From positions 32,653 through 74,810 of the forward strand of contig PMYF01000669.1 of assembly GCA_003171295.1 (NCBI GenBank): a stretch of DNA of 42,158 nucleotides. Reading direction: 5' to 3'. Every line of letters begins with the position of its first letter. The stretch's first letter is position 1. A program made the translations under genes and the position numbers. Positions 18,364 through 27,652 of the stretch are shown one piece after another. The DNA is from Acidobacteriota bacterium. Lineage in GTDB: Bacteria; Acidobacteriota; Terriglobia; UBA7540. Under the pieces are notes generated by a model. The model saw nothing but the letters and a program-made list of their open reading frames with translations. It was not told the DNA's origin and made no database searches.

Positions 18364-19292
18364 GATATTCATAACTATCGACATATATCAAGTTCCCTCG
18401 AATCCCTGGCCGTGTTAAGCTGTTCCCATGAATCGCTCCGTCACTTTCTTGCAGTTGGGTGGGGGACAACTCGTTGAATTGCAGCAACTATTGCGTTCTC
18501 AATCCATTCCAAGCGCGGTACGCAAGCGGGCGGCGTTGATTTGGCAGTTGGCTGCCGGGGTCTCGCTCGCGAAGGCCAGTAAACGGGCTGGCCTCTCCTA
18601 CCCCAACGCTCATCATTGCATGCGGCGATTCTTGAAACTGGGAATGGGGGGCCTGCACGACCGCGCCAGGGCGGGAAGGCCTCGTCGCTACGGCTCACGG
18701 GAGACGAGCAGAATCCTGAAGTCAGCAGCAACTCCTCCCCGGGACTTGGGCCTGGATTTTATCACTTGGACCCTCCCCAGGCTGGAGGAGTATCTGCGCG
18801 GGCAAAGGGGTTTGGGGCACCTGGCGCGCTCGACCATTCGGCGTCGACTTATCGAGGCGGGGATGCACCTGCAAGCGGGCAGATTCGAGGCGAAAGCACG
18901 GGTCTGATTACGAGCCGAGAAACTCACGCCTCATAGGCAGGCGCTGCCCCTGCTCCGATTCGATGGCTGCCCCTATGGCGAAGCCAAGCTTGGCCCTGAT
19001 GGCCGACGATCTCATTCGGAATCCTCGATAACAAGCCTTCTCGGTCCTGACAGGACCTCAAGCCAGAAAGCCCCCCAACTGAGAGTCCAAAGCAAAAACA
19101 GGAGCCTGGATGCCGGCCAGCCTCATGAGGCTCGCTTGGACCGGGCCTTAGGTTGGGCGTGCCAGGTAATTGTCTAGGACCCAATTCCGAACCTCGGCAG
19201 AGGTCAATACAAACATCCAGAAAGGTCGGTATTCTGAGCGAACCGCGACCTCCCGCTGGGTCAGCTAAATATATTGATAGTTATGGAATATC
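18364..19292 (+). mobile_element. decayed IS630/Tc1-mariner-family insertion-sequence remnant (~0.93 kb) bounded by imperfect inverted repeats
   Basis: The left repeat is 18364-18388 GATATTCATAACTATCGACATATAT. The right repeat is 19269-19292 ATATATTGATAGTTATGGAATATC, whose reverse complement is GATATTCCATAACTATCAATATAT. They share 23 matching positions with three 1-nt indels. The pair encloses a transposase N-terminal ORF, and GC content drops locally. Confidence 0.55.
18428..18907 (+). pseudogene. IS630-family transposase, N-terminal HTH / winged-helix part only (DDE domain missing)
   Basis: 159 aa. LRSQSIPSAVRKRAALIWQLAAGVSLAKASKRAGLSYPNAHHCMRRFLKLGMGGLHDRARAGRPRRY...ITWTLPRLEEYL...LARSTIRRRLIEAGMHLQ...FEAK follows the usual IS630 OrfA pattern (HTH, then GL.D..R.GRP, then a second HTH). 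The ORF stops where the DDE domain should begin. Confidence 0.65.
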
Positions 19293-19830
19293 ATATTCAT
19301 AGTTTCACGCATTCTGAAACTATCACCGTTATATGACCCATTGGCAAGACCCACAATCAGGTATTACCTTCTTTAAATTAAGGCCTTGGCGGTGTTTCTA
19401 AAAGACGTGAAATGCTAACGATTACAGACCAATGTGGCGGATTGTTCCCCGGTACGATTACTCCTCCAGGCCAGCTAATCCAACAATCGAGTGCCTTCTT
19501 TGCTGCATTTAAAAGAGGAAATCAAAAAGGTGGAAAAATCAACTGACCGAATTTCATGTCCATCTGAATCTCGGACCCTTCGAGATTGCTTCCCGGTCAG
19601 TCGCTGTGGAAGGCCGTGATGGATAGCGATGCCATAACCACAGTTCTGCGGATCCAGGATGACGAGGAAGAGAGATGAGCGGGAACAAATACGGAAAGCC
19701 TGGGCGTGGGGATAATCTCGCGTGGTTCGGGAGGCGCGCCATTCGTCTCGCGCCTTCTCCCAAGTGATGAGCGACTAGCCGGCTGCCTATCGATACTGCT
19801 GCCGCGGCCCAACAGGCCCTCGAACCAGCA

Positions 19831-20913
19831 TCAAAGTATCCGGTATTCTTGTATGGCTTCTGGCTTGAGTTCAATCCCCAGTCCTGGACGGCCCGGGACT
19901 CGCGCCATACCGTTCTTGACCTCCAAGGGATGGATCAGAAGCGGATCAAGCCAGGGGAAATACTCGAGGAACAGGCCATTGCTCACAGCAGCCATCCAGT
20001 GGATATCTATTTCCTTGTAGAAGTGCGAAGCGACGCGCGCGTTAAACACCTCGGCCAAATGGGCAAGCTTCAAGCACCGGGAAATTCCGCCGACGCGCAG
20101 CACGTCTGGCTGGACGATGGGCAGGGCACGGCGTTCCAGTAAATCGCGAAAAGCCTGCAGGGAATACTCACGTTCTCCCGCTGCGACAGGGATGTCCATG
20201 GCGGTCGAGAGGGTTCGATACCCGTCGTGGTCATCCTTCTGAATGGGCTCTTCAAACCAGAGGATGTCGCACTCACGCACCTTTCGGCTAAACTCAATTG
20301 CCTGGCAGGGTGTCCAGGCCTGGTTGGCATCCACCATGAGTTGTACCTTGGGGCCAATGGCCTTGCGAACCGCCTGCACCCGATCAACATCGCGCAGGGT
20401 GTCACGACTGCCGACCTTCATTTTCACCGCAGTAAAACCCTGTGTGACATAGGAATTCATTTCCGCCAGGAGCTGGTCGATCGAATAGGTAAGCCAGCCT
20501 CCGCTTCCGTAAATGGGCACCTGCTCCTGCCGTGCTCCGAGCAACTGGAAGACGGGGCAGTTCAAGCTTTTCCCCAGGAGATCCCAAAGCGCGATGTCGA
20601 TTGCCGCTATTCCCCAAGCCGCAACTCCCGTTTGTCCAATGTACTCGACGCGGTTCGCGCAGGCCTGCCACACGTTTGCGATGAGAGAAGGATCCATGCC
20701 GATAACAACGTCTCTCAGCTCATAGTCAACAATGCCCCGCAAGAGCTCGCGGCCATAATCGAAGGTGACCATGTGGGAACAGCCGACCAGCCCGTCCTCA
20801 CGGTAAACATCGACCAGTATCCAATCGATACTATTCAGGGTGTGGGTGGAATCCGCAATCGGGTTCTGGAGGGGCAAAGACAAGAGGGTTGTCTTGATGT
20901 CGCGAATTTTCAT
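19831..20913 (-). CDS. enolase-superfamily (mandelate racemase subgroup) acid-sugar dehydratase-like enzyme
   Basis: Start MKIRDIKTTLLSLPL at 20913. KxK motif in FTAVKMKVG. Metal ligands in VDANQAW, WFEEP and AAGERE. His-Asp dyad candidates in QPDVLRVGG and VASHFY. Confidence 0.8.
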   Translation of the reverse strand: MKIRDIKTTLLSLPLQNPIADSTHTLNSIDWILVDVYREDGLVGCSHMVTFDYGRELLRGIVDYELRDVVIGMDPSLIANVWQACANRVEYIGQTGVAAWGIAAIDIALWDLLGKSLNCPVFQLLGARQEQVPIYGSGGWLTYSIDQLLAEMNSYVTQGFTAVKMKVGSRDTLRDVDRVQAVRKAIGPKVQLMVDANQAWTPCQAIEFSRKVRECDILWFEEPIQKDDHDGYRTLSTAMDIPVAAGEREYSLQAFRDLLERRALPIVQPDVLRVGGISRCLKLAHLAEVFNARVASHFYKEIDIHWMAAVSNGLFLEYFPWLDPLLIHPLEVKNGMARVPGRPGLGIELKPEAIQEYRIL

Positions 20914-20973
20914 GACTAGTTTTGAACCTCCCGTAATGGGGTGGGATCGCTCCACCCTGTCTGGGCGCTGAAG

Positions 20974-23865
20974 TCATACCCCAGCCCAGGCAAGAATGTT
21001 GTCAGCCAGCGTGGCGCAGAACTGACGGTGTACACGGTTGTCGTTTTGCCATCGGCCAAGTTGCAGCACAGCGATTTTGCCCTCATGCCAGGGCCGCTCG
21101 AGCATCAATGGGCAAAACTGCGAATCGTTCCGCTTGACCCAGAACGATCCGGCCAACTCCGTGACGGGCAGAAATTCGTAATCCTTGTTAAACACGATGG
21201 TGTGGGCAAGAATGTTCCAGGTATCTCCAAGAGGCTTAATATTATTGGGAATCACACTGCCTGGTCCCCGCATGGTGGCACCCTGCAAAGAACCGACCAG
21301 GGCATGTTCCAGGTTACCAAATTGAATCCTGATGGACTCGCCGTAGGTCCCACCGACCGGGAGACGTTCCTCTGCCGCGCCCACAACCTCCAGGTCATGA
21401 ATCAGGCCGCTCGCCGGACTCAGTCGGCCCTCCTCATCCCAAACCAGAAGATGGCCGCCTTCCGCGACCCAGTCCAGCAGCATCCTTTCGGCTCCGCGAG
21501 TCCAAGGATCACTGAGGCTGTAGACCGCAATGAGCCGGGCGCGCTTGATCATAGGCTCACGGATCATGTAGGTGGACATCGTTCGGTTTCGGTTCTGGGC
21601 AGCCGCGCACAATGACCAGTGGAAGGCATTCGTATAATCCTCGAACGGACCATTCACCCCCAGACAGAGTATGTCGGCGCCGGATTCTGAAAGTCTGCCT
21701 TGCTGCTTATAAAAAGCCAGTTCGTCGCGAAACGCGCCCAGCATCTTTTCCCAACGCACCACTCCCGCGAGGTCAGAGGCGTGCACATATGCACGCGACC
21801 CGATCCGGCAAAGGGCTTCGTAGTGTTCGACGGATTGTTCCAGGTGGCGGATCATCTGGTCGGCGTCTCCGGGTTCTCCCCTGCGATCATATAATCCCTT
21901 GCAAATCGCAGCCTGAGTCTTGCTTTGGTAGAAACTGACTGCCGCCTTCATGATTTCAGCATCGACCGTGAACCGGCCAGCCTCATCGCGGTTGCGGGTT
22001 GCCAATCCCGCGCCCTTCCGCGCATGTTCGAGGCTCTGGTCCGCCAGGTCCTGGAATAGTTCGAAGAGTTTGGGAGGGGTGATGGCGGATTCGAGCCCTG
22101 GTGAATCTGCGGGGCTCGCGACGTACTCATGCACCGACAGGGGTGGCTTGCTGCGCAATTGCTCCCGGTTTCCGCCAAACTTCTGAACGTATTGGCTGAC
22201 CGCAAGCCCATCGAGGGGTTGGGTGAGCGGGACATTCAGACTATTCATGCGAATGGAGTTTAGAATGGCATTCACGTTGGCGTCTCTTCCCACCAGCGTC
22301 GGATGCGCATTCATATTATGGATAGAGAGCAAATTCTGAATGCCGGGCAGGATGGAGCCACTAAGTTCGTAATACGCCAGCAGGTGCTCCGCCGCAGCCC
22401 GCGAACCAAATCTCTTGTCGAGCTCGCCAATCCAGTGCTCGCGCTCGACCTGCGGTTCCCGCGCAGGATTCCAGGAATAACGCCCAAATGCCTGCAGCCA
22501 GATCCAATCCCGATCGATCGTCAGCAGGGGAGGCACGGTGTTGTCCAGCGTCACGGGCCACTGCCAGGATACGGCAGGATACACATGCGCGCCGACCACC
22601 CCGATCTCTAACCACTCTTGCACCATCTCCTGGATGAAACTGGGCGATCCCCAGCGCAACGGTTTTAGGTCTCCATTCTCGTGCACATTGATCAGGTGGT
22701 GGGGACCAAGCTTCGTCCATTCGCGGTTGCGTGGATTGGGAACCGGGCTGACCACCATCTCCACATTATGCTTCATCATCGTGTACAGGTTGCTGTATGA
22801 GGGCAGAACAATATTCTTGAAGCGGTCGAGATCAATCGTCCACTCGCGGACGATCAGGGGTGGCTGCTTGCCACTGTCCATAATGCCCTGGACAATCACA
22901 TCGCGGATCCATTCCTCTTTCCCCGTTTCCAGCGCTTCGCCGGCGCAAACCAGGAGTCCCACGTTGGGATAATTGCTCACGAACTCGCTCATGCAATAAC
23001 GGGTGTAAGCTGCCAGAAGCGGCGTGGAGAGGGGATTAGAAACTCTCACACCTTCCCCCGCGTGCCGCTGGGCAAACGCAGCGGGCACGTGAATATTATA
23101 GAAGTGAAGGACTGTCCAGATGCCGCGGCGATCCGCTTCCGTCGTGAACCAGCGAAAGTGCTCGATATTCGACTCCAGATCGCCGGGTGAGAGCATCTGG
23201 GCCTCAGGATATCTCGGCAGTTTCAGCAAATACGGAAAGGCATGCCCGGACCAGAAGAAAACCGTGTTGAATCGGGCCTCGGCCAGTTCATCCAGATATC
23301 TCCGCATCAAGTTGCGGTCAAAGAACCAGGGAAAGTTCTCGCGGGTCAGCGGCCAGTCGTATCCCAGGCTGCCGGACTTCATCCACAACAGATTCGTCCC
23401 GCGAATGCGCAGTTTCGGGGCGTCAGAGAAATGCAGGTCTCGAGGCAAGGCGCCGGAAGCCTGAACCCTGTCGGCGAGTTCAAAACAGCCATACATCGCT
23501 CCGGACCCGTTGCCGTCAATCACCATTCTCTGCGCGACGCTGGAGATCTGAAATCCCTCTGGATTTTGCTCGCTCTTTGATTGAGCACTGGCCAAGGCCT
23601 TCCGGACCAACTCGTGTACCCTACTGTCACCTACGACGATACATCGCCCTTCCGGCGGGGAATTACTCGTCACTATTTCAGCGGTGATGCCCGTCGATTG
23701 CAGCGCTGACTTCAGATGCTCGGCGCCGTAGTGCATGCGGGGGACCGAATCGTCCGGAAGCACAATCGGCAATTCGGGCCGCGCCGAATGCAGATTCGCG
23801 GAAGCAGCCAGAGCTGAAGATAAACCGCCCACCAGGACACGTCGACGGCTGATTGGAATGGACAT
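20974..23865 (-). CDS. Tat-exported large glycosidase-like protein, a divergent third member of the family at 9025..11967 and 24624..27527
   Basis: Signal MSIPISRRRVLVGGLSSALAASANLHSA. Same N-domain signature (MVIDGNGSGAMYGCFELADRV), then LRIRGTNLLW...FNTVFFWSGH...LHFYNIHVP...LLVCAGEAL barrel-like strands. WLQAFGRYSWNPAREPQVEREHWIGELDKRFG parallels the WGRTAYDP block of the paralogs. Confidence 0.75.
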   Translation of the reverse strand: MSIPISRRRVLVGGLSSALAASANLHSARPELPIVLPDDSVPRMHYGAEHLKSALQSTGITAEIVTSNSPPEGRCIVVGDSRVHELVRKALASAQSKSEQNPEGFQISSVAQRMVIDGNGSGAMYGCFELADRVQASGALPRDLHFSDAPKLRIRGTNLLWMKSGSLGYDWPLTRENFPWFFDRNLMRRYLDELAEARFNTVFFWSGHAFPYLLKLPRYPEAQMLSPGDLESNIEHFRWFTTEADRRGIWTVLHFYNIHVPAAFAQRHAGEGVRVSNPLSTPLLAAYTRYCMSEFVSNYPNVGLLVCAGEALETGKEEWIRDVIVQGIMDSGKQPPLIVREWTIDLDRFKNIVLPSYSNLYTMMKHNVEMVVSPVPNPRNREWTKLGPHHLINVHENGDLKPLRWGSPSFIQEMVQEWLEIGVVGAHVYPAVSWQWPVTLDNTVPPLLTIDRDWIWLQAFGRYSWNPAREPQVEREHWIGELDKRFGSRAAAEHLLAYYELSGSILPGIQNLLSIHNMNAHPTLVGRDANVNAILNSIRMNSLNVPLTQPLDGLAVSQYVQKFGGNREQLRSKPPLSVHEYVASPADSPGLESAITPPKLFELFQDLADQSLEHARKGAGLATRNRDEAGRFTVDAEIMKAAVSFYQSKTQAAICKGLYDRRGEPGDADQMIRHLEQSVEHYEALCRIGSRAYVHASDLAGVVRWEKMLGAFRDELAFYKQQGRLSESGADILCLGVNGPFEDYTNAFHWSLCAAAQNRNRTMSTYMIREPMIKRARLIAVYSLSDPWTRGAERMLLDWVAEGGHLLVWDEEGRLSPASGLIHDLEVVGAAEERLPVGGTYGESIRIQFGNLEHALVGSLQGATMRGPGSVIPNNIKPLGDTWNILAHTIVFNKDYEFLPVTELAGSFWVKRNDSQFCPLMLERPWHEGKIAVLQLGRWQNDNRVHRQFCATLADNILAWAGV

Positions 23866-23936
23866 GGTTCAATGCGCCCGATTTGTGATGCCGGCCGGAT
23901 AAGCGGTTGGGCCACCCGGCCTGTAAGCACGGGAGC

Positions 23937-24365
23937 TTATTCGGCGTCCCCCTCGACCGGGTAGCCGCGTTCTGAGTATTCCTGCTTCATGTCGGCGTAG
24001 ATCTTCTGCCAACCACCCTCGATCTCCTGCCTGGGGATCCCGTCGGGCCAGACGGTCACGTAGAGGTACTGAAACTCGACAGGCCCGGTATTCATGACCT
24101 GATGGTGCGTATTCTTGGGAATGAACGCGACTGCCGGCGCCACGACATGTCGCGTATCATCGCCAATGGTAATGTTCCCCTCTCCCGCGAGAATAATATA
24201 GATCTGCTGGAAGGTGGGGTGGGCGTTGGGCGGTGTCTTCTTACCGACAGCCACTTTTTCCAGCACCACTTCACAGCTTTGGGTAAGGTCACGGGGTAGC
24301 AACATCGTGTAGTAGTTCCCAGCGCAGCGGAATCGCTCACCCTCTTCGAAAGTCTTGCAGAACAT
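23937..24365 (-). CDS. small cupin-fold protein (142 aa)
   Basis: ATG at 24365 with AGGAGGGAGG 6 nt upstream. Cupin motif 2 is present (AFIPKNTHHQVMNTG). Motif 1 is degenerate (NAHPTFQQIYIILAGEG). Confidence 0.7.
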   Translation of the reverse strand: MFCKTFEEGERFRCAGNYYTMLLPRDLTQSCEVVLEKVAVGKKTPPNAHPTFQQIYIILAGEGNITIGDDTRHVVAPAVAFIPKNTHHQVMNTGPVEFQYLYVTVWPDGIPRQEIEGGWQKIYADMKQEYSERGYPVEGDAE

Positions 24366-24623
24366 GTTCCGCCTCCCTCCTGATGCCATTCCATGGATAT
24401 GGCATGCAACTTCTATTTCACCACACGACAGAGTATGTGGAATGACGCGTCCGGTCAAATACCCTCATGTTCTTCCGGAACACCATAGGCCCGTGCCCGG
24501 TATCCGGCCTTGCTCCCCTCCGCGATTTCCACGAGTAAGTCGGCGACATGGTCAGCGGCCCGGGAAGTCCTTTTCCGCTCCCCTGCTGCCGCTGAGCTGG
24601 ATACGACCCGATCATAGCCTGGT

Positions 24624-27527
24624 TCACTGGCCGTTGGGATCCCACCCCCCCACGGCGAAGTACGGAGTTTGCACGCGGAAGTCCGGATAGTTCGCGGCGT
24701 TGCCGTCTTCGTCCACAGCCTCGAAATAGTAGAGGATGCCTTCCGCAGTCAGTGGAATACTCGCAGTGAACTGGTCCCGGCCCGCAGGTGTCATATCGAA
24801 TCGAACCCAGTCGCCGGCAGCGGGCATGGGCTTGTAGTACAGATGGACGATCTCGATCTTACTCTTTGACTGGACCCTGGCCGCCAAAGTGACGGCCGGC
24901 CCGCGGATTGTTCCTTGGGGCGGATCATGCGTGATGACCGGCCGGGAGTTTTCTTCCGTGACCAACACGCAGTAGGGGGGACGGTGCTCAAGAGTTCCAC
25001 CGTAATTCCCGCCCGTCCCTTCGTTCGCTTCGAAGTAATACTCGATTTTCCCGGGCGCCATCTCATTCGCCGGGATCACCACCGACCACGTGCGTTCCAC
25101 CGCACTCAAGGGACGCATCGCAACTTTCCTATAACCTACCCCCGGTGAGTTTCGATAAAACAGATAGACGTTTCCCCCTTCACCCTGAGTCGCGTGCGTG
25201 ACGGTAAGCTCAAGAGGTTCGCCCGGTTTAACCTTGGCCGCGGGGACGTGCCCGAGGATCGTCCGATATCCATACTGCTGGCGTAATCTCCGGAACTCAG
25301 TTTCCATGGTGTTGATCTGGTCCCAATCAATACCCAGGCTTCTGCCTTCGTCACGCCAACGGAATTTATTAAGGCCCATGCGGATGAGTTCCGGCAGATA
25401 TCCATAATGCTGTTCAGTTACATCCGATAGCCTGTCCCAATCAGCCAACGCCTGCTGCAGATACTCGCCCGCCGCGGTTAATTCAGGATGGTGGTAAGTG
25501 CGGCGGTAGAAGGCAAAATGGGTCGCGGATAAGATGCGATCACGGTAATATCGCGCCAGCCAGGCGAGAGCGTGGACATCCTGCTGGATGCAATCGAACT
25601 CTTTGGGGGAACCGGGATTAAGACGACTGGCTGCCTCGATCGCCCTCTCGCTGTCGTCCGCGGAGGAGCCAAGATAGCTGGCAGCCTCGAAGGGAGTCAT
25701 GCGTCCGGTGATAACGTGGTTCAGGTGGTCTTCCACATAACTCGCCGGATCCGCCATGGCCGTGCGATCCAGTGGAGTTACGCGCAGGAAGCCATCATTG
25801 TTTCCTCCGTACGGAACCAGCCGGGTCCCTTGCCAGAGCCGCCCGCGGGCGCCGAAGGCGTGATCACCCGTCTCGAATTCTGCCGCGAAGTCCTGATGAT
25901 CCAGACCCACGTTATGATAGGAGTAGATGAACGGAACAATCCGGCTACTTTCCACCACCGCCTGATACACAATCGGACCGGCTTGCGCGCCGAAACGGCG
26001 GCCAAACTCTCCGATCCAGACCTTTTCGGACACGTCCGGATCATACGCGGTGCGCCCCCAAGTGAGATGCCACAACCATTGGCGTTCGAACATCCACTTG
26101 TAAAAGCTGTGGTCCGTTTTCGGATTGTTGTGCAGGTAGTCAGGTGCCGGAGTGTAGGCCTCCATCGGCTCCATCGAAAAACCTACCCCGTCGCCGAATT
26201 TGCAGCTGCGCACTGTGCGGCGGGCAAATTCAGGCGAACCCCAGTAGAAGACCCGGTGCGTCCCGTGCGCCCGGATTTGCCAGAGGATGGAATACTTCCG
26301 CGGATAATCTGTGTAATCCTCGTATGAACCACTCGGGGCATACTGGCGTCCCCCTAACGCGGCCTGGTAGGGTAGACCAAGTTGTTCGCCGTTGTACTTG
26401 GGCTCGATGTACAAATGGTGCTGGGTCGAATTTGCGATCTCGCGTACTTTCTGCGGATCGGCAATCCAGGTGCGCACATACACGTTCAAAGACTCCGGCA
26501 GCTCGGCGAGGGCAGCGAGGTAGGTCTTCTTATAGAAATCTTCCGGCTGCCCTGATTCTCCGACACGGAATCCGAACATCCACAAGTCCGGAAGCTGCTT
26601 GAGGAAACTGAGGACAGCCTTGCGGGTGTAATCCTCCAGTTGCGGGCCCTCTAGGAATTCCTGTGGAACCGAAGCCCATCGTTCATCAGTCCCCCAGCGG
26701 CGGGTCTTCCAGGGGCCGACCGTCGGAGAAGCTTCATAGTTCATATAAGCGACTTTGATACCGCGGTCGGCGGCCATGCGGATGATCTGGCGGAATCGGG
26801 CCAGGTTCTTAGCAGCCTTTTCCGGGCCAACCCCCAACTGCGGATACTCCGGGAGGCTGACAAAGTAGCCAAAGCCGTTTGGGAAAGTCAGCGTCACGGC
26901 ATCACAGGGTCCATGAAGGTCCAGAAGGTTGTAGCGATTCCTTGCCATCTGGTCGAGGTAGCCTTTCCAGTAGTCGTCCGACCAGAAGGCTCCATTGGGA
27001 TCGTCGATATCCTGCGTGGTAGGGAACATATTCACACCACGAAGCGGCAGATACGGCGTCTTCGCTGCGGGCTTTATCTGACGAACGAAGTCGTTATCGC
27101 TGGCCCAGCCGATTTTCTCGGCCAAATCCATCGCGCCGTACATCGTACCGGTGGGATCGCTGCCTTCCACGCGAATTGTGTTGGATGAAGGTACTGAAAT
27201 CACATAGGATTCCGGTCGGGCCGAGCGACCCGGGTTTCCGCCGCCGACTCCTGCAGGTCCCCGGTCTCCAGAATTCACCACGATAATCTGAACTCCCGCC
27301 GTCGATTCCTTGGCCGACATCGTCGCCTTTACGCCCTTGGCATCTAGAGCTCGGCGCAACTCCTCAACCCCAAACTTGATCGGCGGCGCCGCAGCCGAAG
27401 AGACGACGATGTTTGCAGCCCGAGTCTCTGCACAATTTGCGACGGAATGGGTCAGCCCCGCGAATGCGAAAACCGCAATCAGTCCGGAAAGATATTTTTG
27501 ACAACCTGAACATATACCCCAAGACAT
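24624..27527 (-). CDS. secreted large glycosidase-like protein, copy B (paralog of 9025..11967)
   Basis: ATG at 27527 with GGGAGA 7 nt upstream. Signal MSWGICSGCQKYLSGLIAVFAFAGLTHSVANCA. Colinear with copy A, with long identical runs (YNLLDLHGPCDAVTL, FGFRVGESGQPEDF, HHLYIEPKYNGEQLG, SILWQIRAHGTHR.FYWGSPEFARRTVRSCKFG, LHNNPKTDHSFYKWMFER.WLWHLTWGRTAYDPDV). Confidence 0.8.
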   Translation of the reverse strand: MSWGICSGCQKYLSGLIAVFAFAGLTHSVANCAETRAANIVVSSAAAPPIKFGVEELRRALDAKGVKATMSAKESTAGVQIIVVNSGDRGPAGVGGGNPGRSARPESYVISVPSSNTIRVEGSDPTGTMYGAMDLAEKIGWASDNDFVRQIKPAAKTPYLPLRGVNMFPTTQDIDDPNGAFWSDDYWKGYLDQMARNRYNLLDLHGPCDAVTLTFPNGFGYFVSLPEYPQLGVGPEKAAKNLARFRQIIRMAADRGIKVAYMNYEASPTVGPWKTRRWGTDERWASVPQEFLEGPQLEDYTRKAVLSFLKQLPDLWMFGFRVGESGQPEDFYKKTYLAALAELPESLNVYVRTWIADPQKVREIANSTQHHLYIEPKYNGEQLGLPYQAALGGRQYAPSGSYEDYTDYPRKYSILWQIRAHGTHRVFYWGSPEFARRTVRSCKFGDGVGFSMEPMEAYTPAPDYLHNNPKTDHSFYKWMFERQWLWHLTWGRTAYDPDVSEKVWIGEFGRRFGAQAGPIVYQAVVESSRIVPFIYSYHNVGLDHQDFAAEFETGDHAFGARGRLWQGTRLVPYGGNNDGFLRVTPLDRTAMADPASYVEDHLNHVITGRMTPFEAASYLGSSADDSERAIEAASRLNPGSPKEFDCIQQDVHALAWLARYYRDRILSATHFAFYRRTYHHPELTAAGEYLQQALADWDRLSDVTEQHYGYLPELIRMGLNKFRWRDEGRSLGIDWDQINTMETEFRRLRQQYGYRTILGHVPAAKVKPGEPLELTVTHATQGEGGNVYLFYRNSPGVGYRKVAMRPLSAVERTWSVVIPANEMAPGKIEYYFEANEGTGGNYGGTLEHRPPYCVLVTEENSRPVITHDPPQGTIRGPAVTLAARVQSKSKIEIVHLYYKPMPAAGDWVRFDMTPAGRDQFTASIPLTAEGILYYFEAVDEDGNAANYPDFRVQTPYFAVGGWDPNGQ

Positions 27528-27652
27528 AGCAAGTTCTCCCGAAGCGAAAAATAGTGCGCAGTGTGAAATGCGCCACACGCCCTTTGCTCTGAACAACCCG
27601 CAGCACTAAGACGAAAAACAACGACCGTACCATCCCGAACTCATGACGTTCA

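Noticed and set aside
18924-19184. An 86-aa minus-strand ORF inside the IS remnant
   Set aside because: Its translation is low-complexity Gly/Pro/Arg. It lies in the stretch where the transposase DDE domain has been lost.
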